A stretch of 51,331 nucleotides of DNA, from assembly GCA_964496825.1 (NCBI GenBank), contig CAZCBO010000001.1, positions 1 to 51,331 of the forward strand, written 5' to 3'. Numbering within the stretch: position 1 is the first letter of the stretch; the number at the start of each line of letters is the position of its first letter. The position numbers were made by a program, and so were the translations under genes. Source of the DNA: an uncultured Acidimicrobiaceae bacterium. GTDB lineage: Bacteria; Actinomycetota; Acidimicrobiia; Spongiisociales; UBA5794. Positions 49,295 through 51,331 of this stretch are shown here, piece after piece. Under the pieces are notes generated by a model. The model did not search any database. It saw nothing but the letters and a program-made list of their open reading frames with translations, and was not told the DNA's origin.

Positions 49295-49406
49295 AATCAG
49301 AGGCTACTTGTTTGACAGCGAGAAGATCAATCATTCTTTCTTAGCAAGGAAGTTGATTTCGTGCCGCGAGTGAACCAACACTGCCATCCGGACCAGGGAG
49401 GTGCCA

Positions 49407-50993
49407 ATGATCGAAATTGCCGGTGCGGGAGGCGACCGCTACGACGAGATCCTCACCGAGGAGGCGCTGGCCTTCGTCGCCGACGTGCACCGCCGGTTCG
49501 ACCCCGCCCGGCGCCGGCTCCTCGCCGCCCGGACCGAGCGCCAGGGTCGCATCGACGGCGGCGAGGACCCCGACTTCCTCCTCGAGACCGAATCGATCCG
49601 CACGGGGGACTGGGTCGTCGCCGCACCGCCACCGGACCTCGCCGATCGACGCTGCGAGATCACCGGACCGACGGACCGCAAGATGCTCATCAACGCCCTC
49701 AACTCGGGGGCAAGGGTCTTCATGGCCGACTTCGAGGACTCCAATTCACCCACCTGGGACAACATGGTGCGGGGCCAGGTCAACCTGTGCGACGCCATTC
49801 GCCGCACCATCGACTTCGACGCAGGCAACGGAAAGGCTTACCGCCTGAACGACGACGTGGCGACGCTGATGGTGCGGCCCCGCGGCTGGCACCTCGACGA
49901 GCGTCACCTCCTGGTCGACGGTGCACCCGTATCGGCGAGCCTGTTCGACTTCGGACTCTTCTTCTTCCACAACGCAGCCGAGCTGCTGGCCCGCGGCTCG
50001 GGGCCGTACTTCTATCTCCCCAAATTGGAGAGCCATCTCGAGGCGCGGCTGTGGAACGACGTGTTCGTGCACGCCCAAGACCAGCTCGGCATCCCGGTCG
50101 GGACCATCAGGGCAACCGTGCTCATCGAGACCATCCTCGCCGCCTTCGAGATGGATGAGATCCTCCACGAGCTGCGGGAGCATTCGGCGGGACTCAATGC
50201 CGGGCGCTGGGATTACATCTTCTCGGTCATCAAGAAGTTCAGGAACCGACCCGACTTCACGCTGCCCGACCGTGCTCAGATCACGATGACGGTCCCGTTC
50301 ATGCGCGCCTACACCGAACTGCTCGTCGCGATCTGTCACCACCGTGGCGCTCATGCCATGGGGGGCATGGCGGCGTTCATTCCCTCCCGTCGTGACCCGG
50401 AGATCAACGAGATCGCCCTCGCCAAGGTGCGCGAGGACAAGGCACGCGAGTCGAGCGACGGCTGCGACGGCACGTGGGTGGCTCATCCCGACCTGGTTCC
50501 CGTTGCCACCGAGGTGTTCACCGAGGTGCTGGGCGACGCCCCCAACCAGATAGAACGGCTGCGAGACGACGTCCACGTCGCCGCCAAGGAGCTGCTCGAC
50601 ACCGAAGTCACCGGTGGTGCGGTCACTGAAGCCGGGGTGCGCACCAACGTCGACGTGGCCATCCAGTACCTGGCCTCGTGGCTGCGCGGCAACGGCGCCG
50701 CCGCCATCTACAACCTGATGGAGGATGCGGCGACCGCAGAGATCTCGCGATCCCAGGTGTGGCAATGGGTGCACAACGGGGTCGCCACGGACGAAGGCGA
50801 GGCCGTTACCGAGGCCTTGGTCCGGACGATCGCCGATGAAGAGACCGCACGCCTCCGGGCCCAGCTCGGCGATGCCGAGTACGAGACCGGCCGCTTCGAG
50901 GAGGCGAGGGCGCTGTTCGAGACCGTCGCCCTCGCCCCCGATTTCCCCGAGTTCTTGACGCTGCCCGGTTACGCGATCCTCGAGGAGGGATGA
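49407..50993 (+). CDS. aceB: Malate synthase A
   Basis: AGGGAGG lies at 49395-49401 and the ATG at 49407. Has [40 protein letters not shown] and [12 protein letters not shown]. The 528-aa size fits the A form. Confidence 0.92.
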   Translation: MIEIAGAGGDRYDEILTEEALAFVADVHRRFDPARRRLLAARTERQGRIDGGEDPDFLLETESIRTGDWVVAAPPPDLADRRCEITGPTDRKMLINALNSGARVFMADFEDSNSPTWDNMVRGQVNLCDAIRRTIDFDAGNGKAYRLNDDVATLMVRPRGWHLDERHLLVDGAPVSASLFDFGLFFFHNAAELLARGSGPYFYLPKLESHLEARLWNDVFVHAQDQLGIPVGTIRATVLIETILAAFEMDEILHELREHSAGLNAGRWDYIFSVIKKFRNRPDFTLPDRAQITMTVPFMRAYTELLVAICHHRGAHAMGGMAAFIPSRRDPEINEIALAKVREDKARESSDGCDGTWVAHPDLVPVATEVFTEVLGDAPNQIERLRDDVHVAAKELLDTEVTGGAVTEAGVRTNVDVAIQYLASWLRGNGAAAIYNLMEDAATAEISRSQVWQWVHNGVATDEGEAVTEALVRTIADEETARLRAQLGDAEYETGRFEEARALFETVALAPDFPEFLTLPGYAILEEG

Positions 50994-51331
50994 TGACCAA
51001 CGCCGAAGCCAGGACCGAGCGGGCCGATCAGATCACCGAGGATTGGGCGACCAACCCGCGCTGGAAGGGGGTGCAGCGCAGCTATTCCGCCGAAGACGTG
51101 GTTCGCCTCCAGGGCTCCCTCGTGGAGGAACACACCCTGGCGACGGTCATGGCGGAGCGCCTCTGGGAGCTGATCAACAACCGGGACTACGTCAACGCGC
51201 TCGGGGCCATCTCCGGTGGCCAGGCGGTGCAGATGGTCAAGGCCGGGCTCGACGCCATCTACCTCTCGGGCTGGCAGGTCGCGGGAGACGCCAATCTCGC
51301 TGAGGAGGTCTACCCGGACCAATCCCTCTAC
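50993..51331 (+). CDS. aceA: Isocitrate lyase (partial, N-terminal 113 aa)
   Basis: My translation from the ATG at 50993 (1-nt overlap with the aceB stop) gives [42 protein letters not shown]...[32 protein letters not shown]. It is not in the ORF track because there is no stop in the window. Confidence 0.9.
   Translation, partial: MTNAEARTERADQITEDWATNPRWKGVQRSYSAEDVVRLQGSLVEEHTLATVMAERLWELINNRDYVNALGAISGGQAVQMVKAGLDAIYLSGWQVAGDANLAEEVYPDQSLY

Noticed and set aside
1-51331. A search for mobile elements, prophage genes, toxin-antitoxin pairs, rRNA/tRNA genes and biosynthetic (NRPS/PKS/RiPP) clusters
   Set aside because: None were recognised in any frame. The only signs of rearrangement are the truncated genes around 42.3-45.6 kb and the decayed sigma fragment at 6.3-6.8 kb.

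Overview
This is a high-GC bacterial chromosomal segment (by eye about 65-70 percent GC, not computed). It is most consistent with an actinobacterial lineage: lipoproteins with Thr/Ala-rich linkers, ECF sigma factors, and a RamB-type regulator next to aceB-aceA. Acidimicrobiia-like is only a guess. I call about 48 tightly packed protein-coding genes, many joined by ATGA/GTGA stop-start overlaps. I recognised no rRNA, tRNA, CRISPR array, transposase, integrase or phage structural gene.

Gene content from left to right:
- 1-5.1 kb: a tartrate/isopropylmalate-type dehydrogenase, divergent from a cupin / split-transketolase / SDR / MBL-hydrolase operon.
- 5.1-9 kb: an acyltransferase, a decayed ECF sigma fragment, an intact ECF sigma with a membrane NTF2-like partner, and an SGNH lipoprotein.
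- 9-19.1 kb, minus strand: a ten-gene operon. It encodes a PEP-utilising swivel-domain protein, GntR, an HprK-like P-loop protein, a three-subunit molybdenum hydroxylase, a cyclase-family hydrolase, a Zn-ADH and an MFS transporter.
- 19.4-22.3 kb: a Tyr-phosphatase-like gene plus a PPDK N-terminal homologue that lacks the PEP/pyruvate barrel.
- 22.3-29.8 kb, minus strand: nurA-like, herA-like, sbcD, sbcC and a CoA-transferase, all translationally coupled.
- 30-34.9 kb: a HAAT-type ABC transporter.
- 35-37.4 kb: short FakA-like, PlsY-like and DegV genes.
- 37.4-47.8 kb: a hydrolase, MFS transporters, a nucleoside salvage operon, two PQQ-type sugar dehydrogenase paralogues and a PLP desulfhydrase/deaminase.
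- 47.9-51.3 kb: a RamB-like regulator divergent from aceB-aceA.

The most interesting items are:
- The archaeal-style nurA/herA/sbcD/sbcC four-gene operon.
- The cluster of orphan dikinase-derived phosphotransfer modules around 15.7-22.3 kb.
- A 15-nt AT-rich motif present three times, always in divergent promoter regions.

All functional calls come from reading motifs in the translated ORFs. No database search was run.
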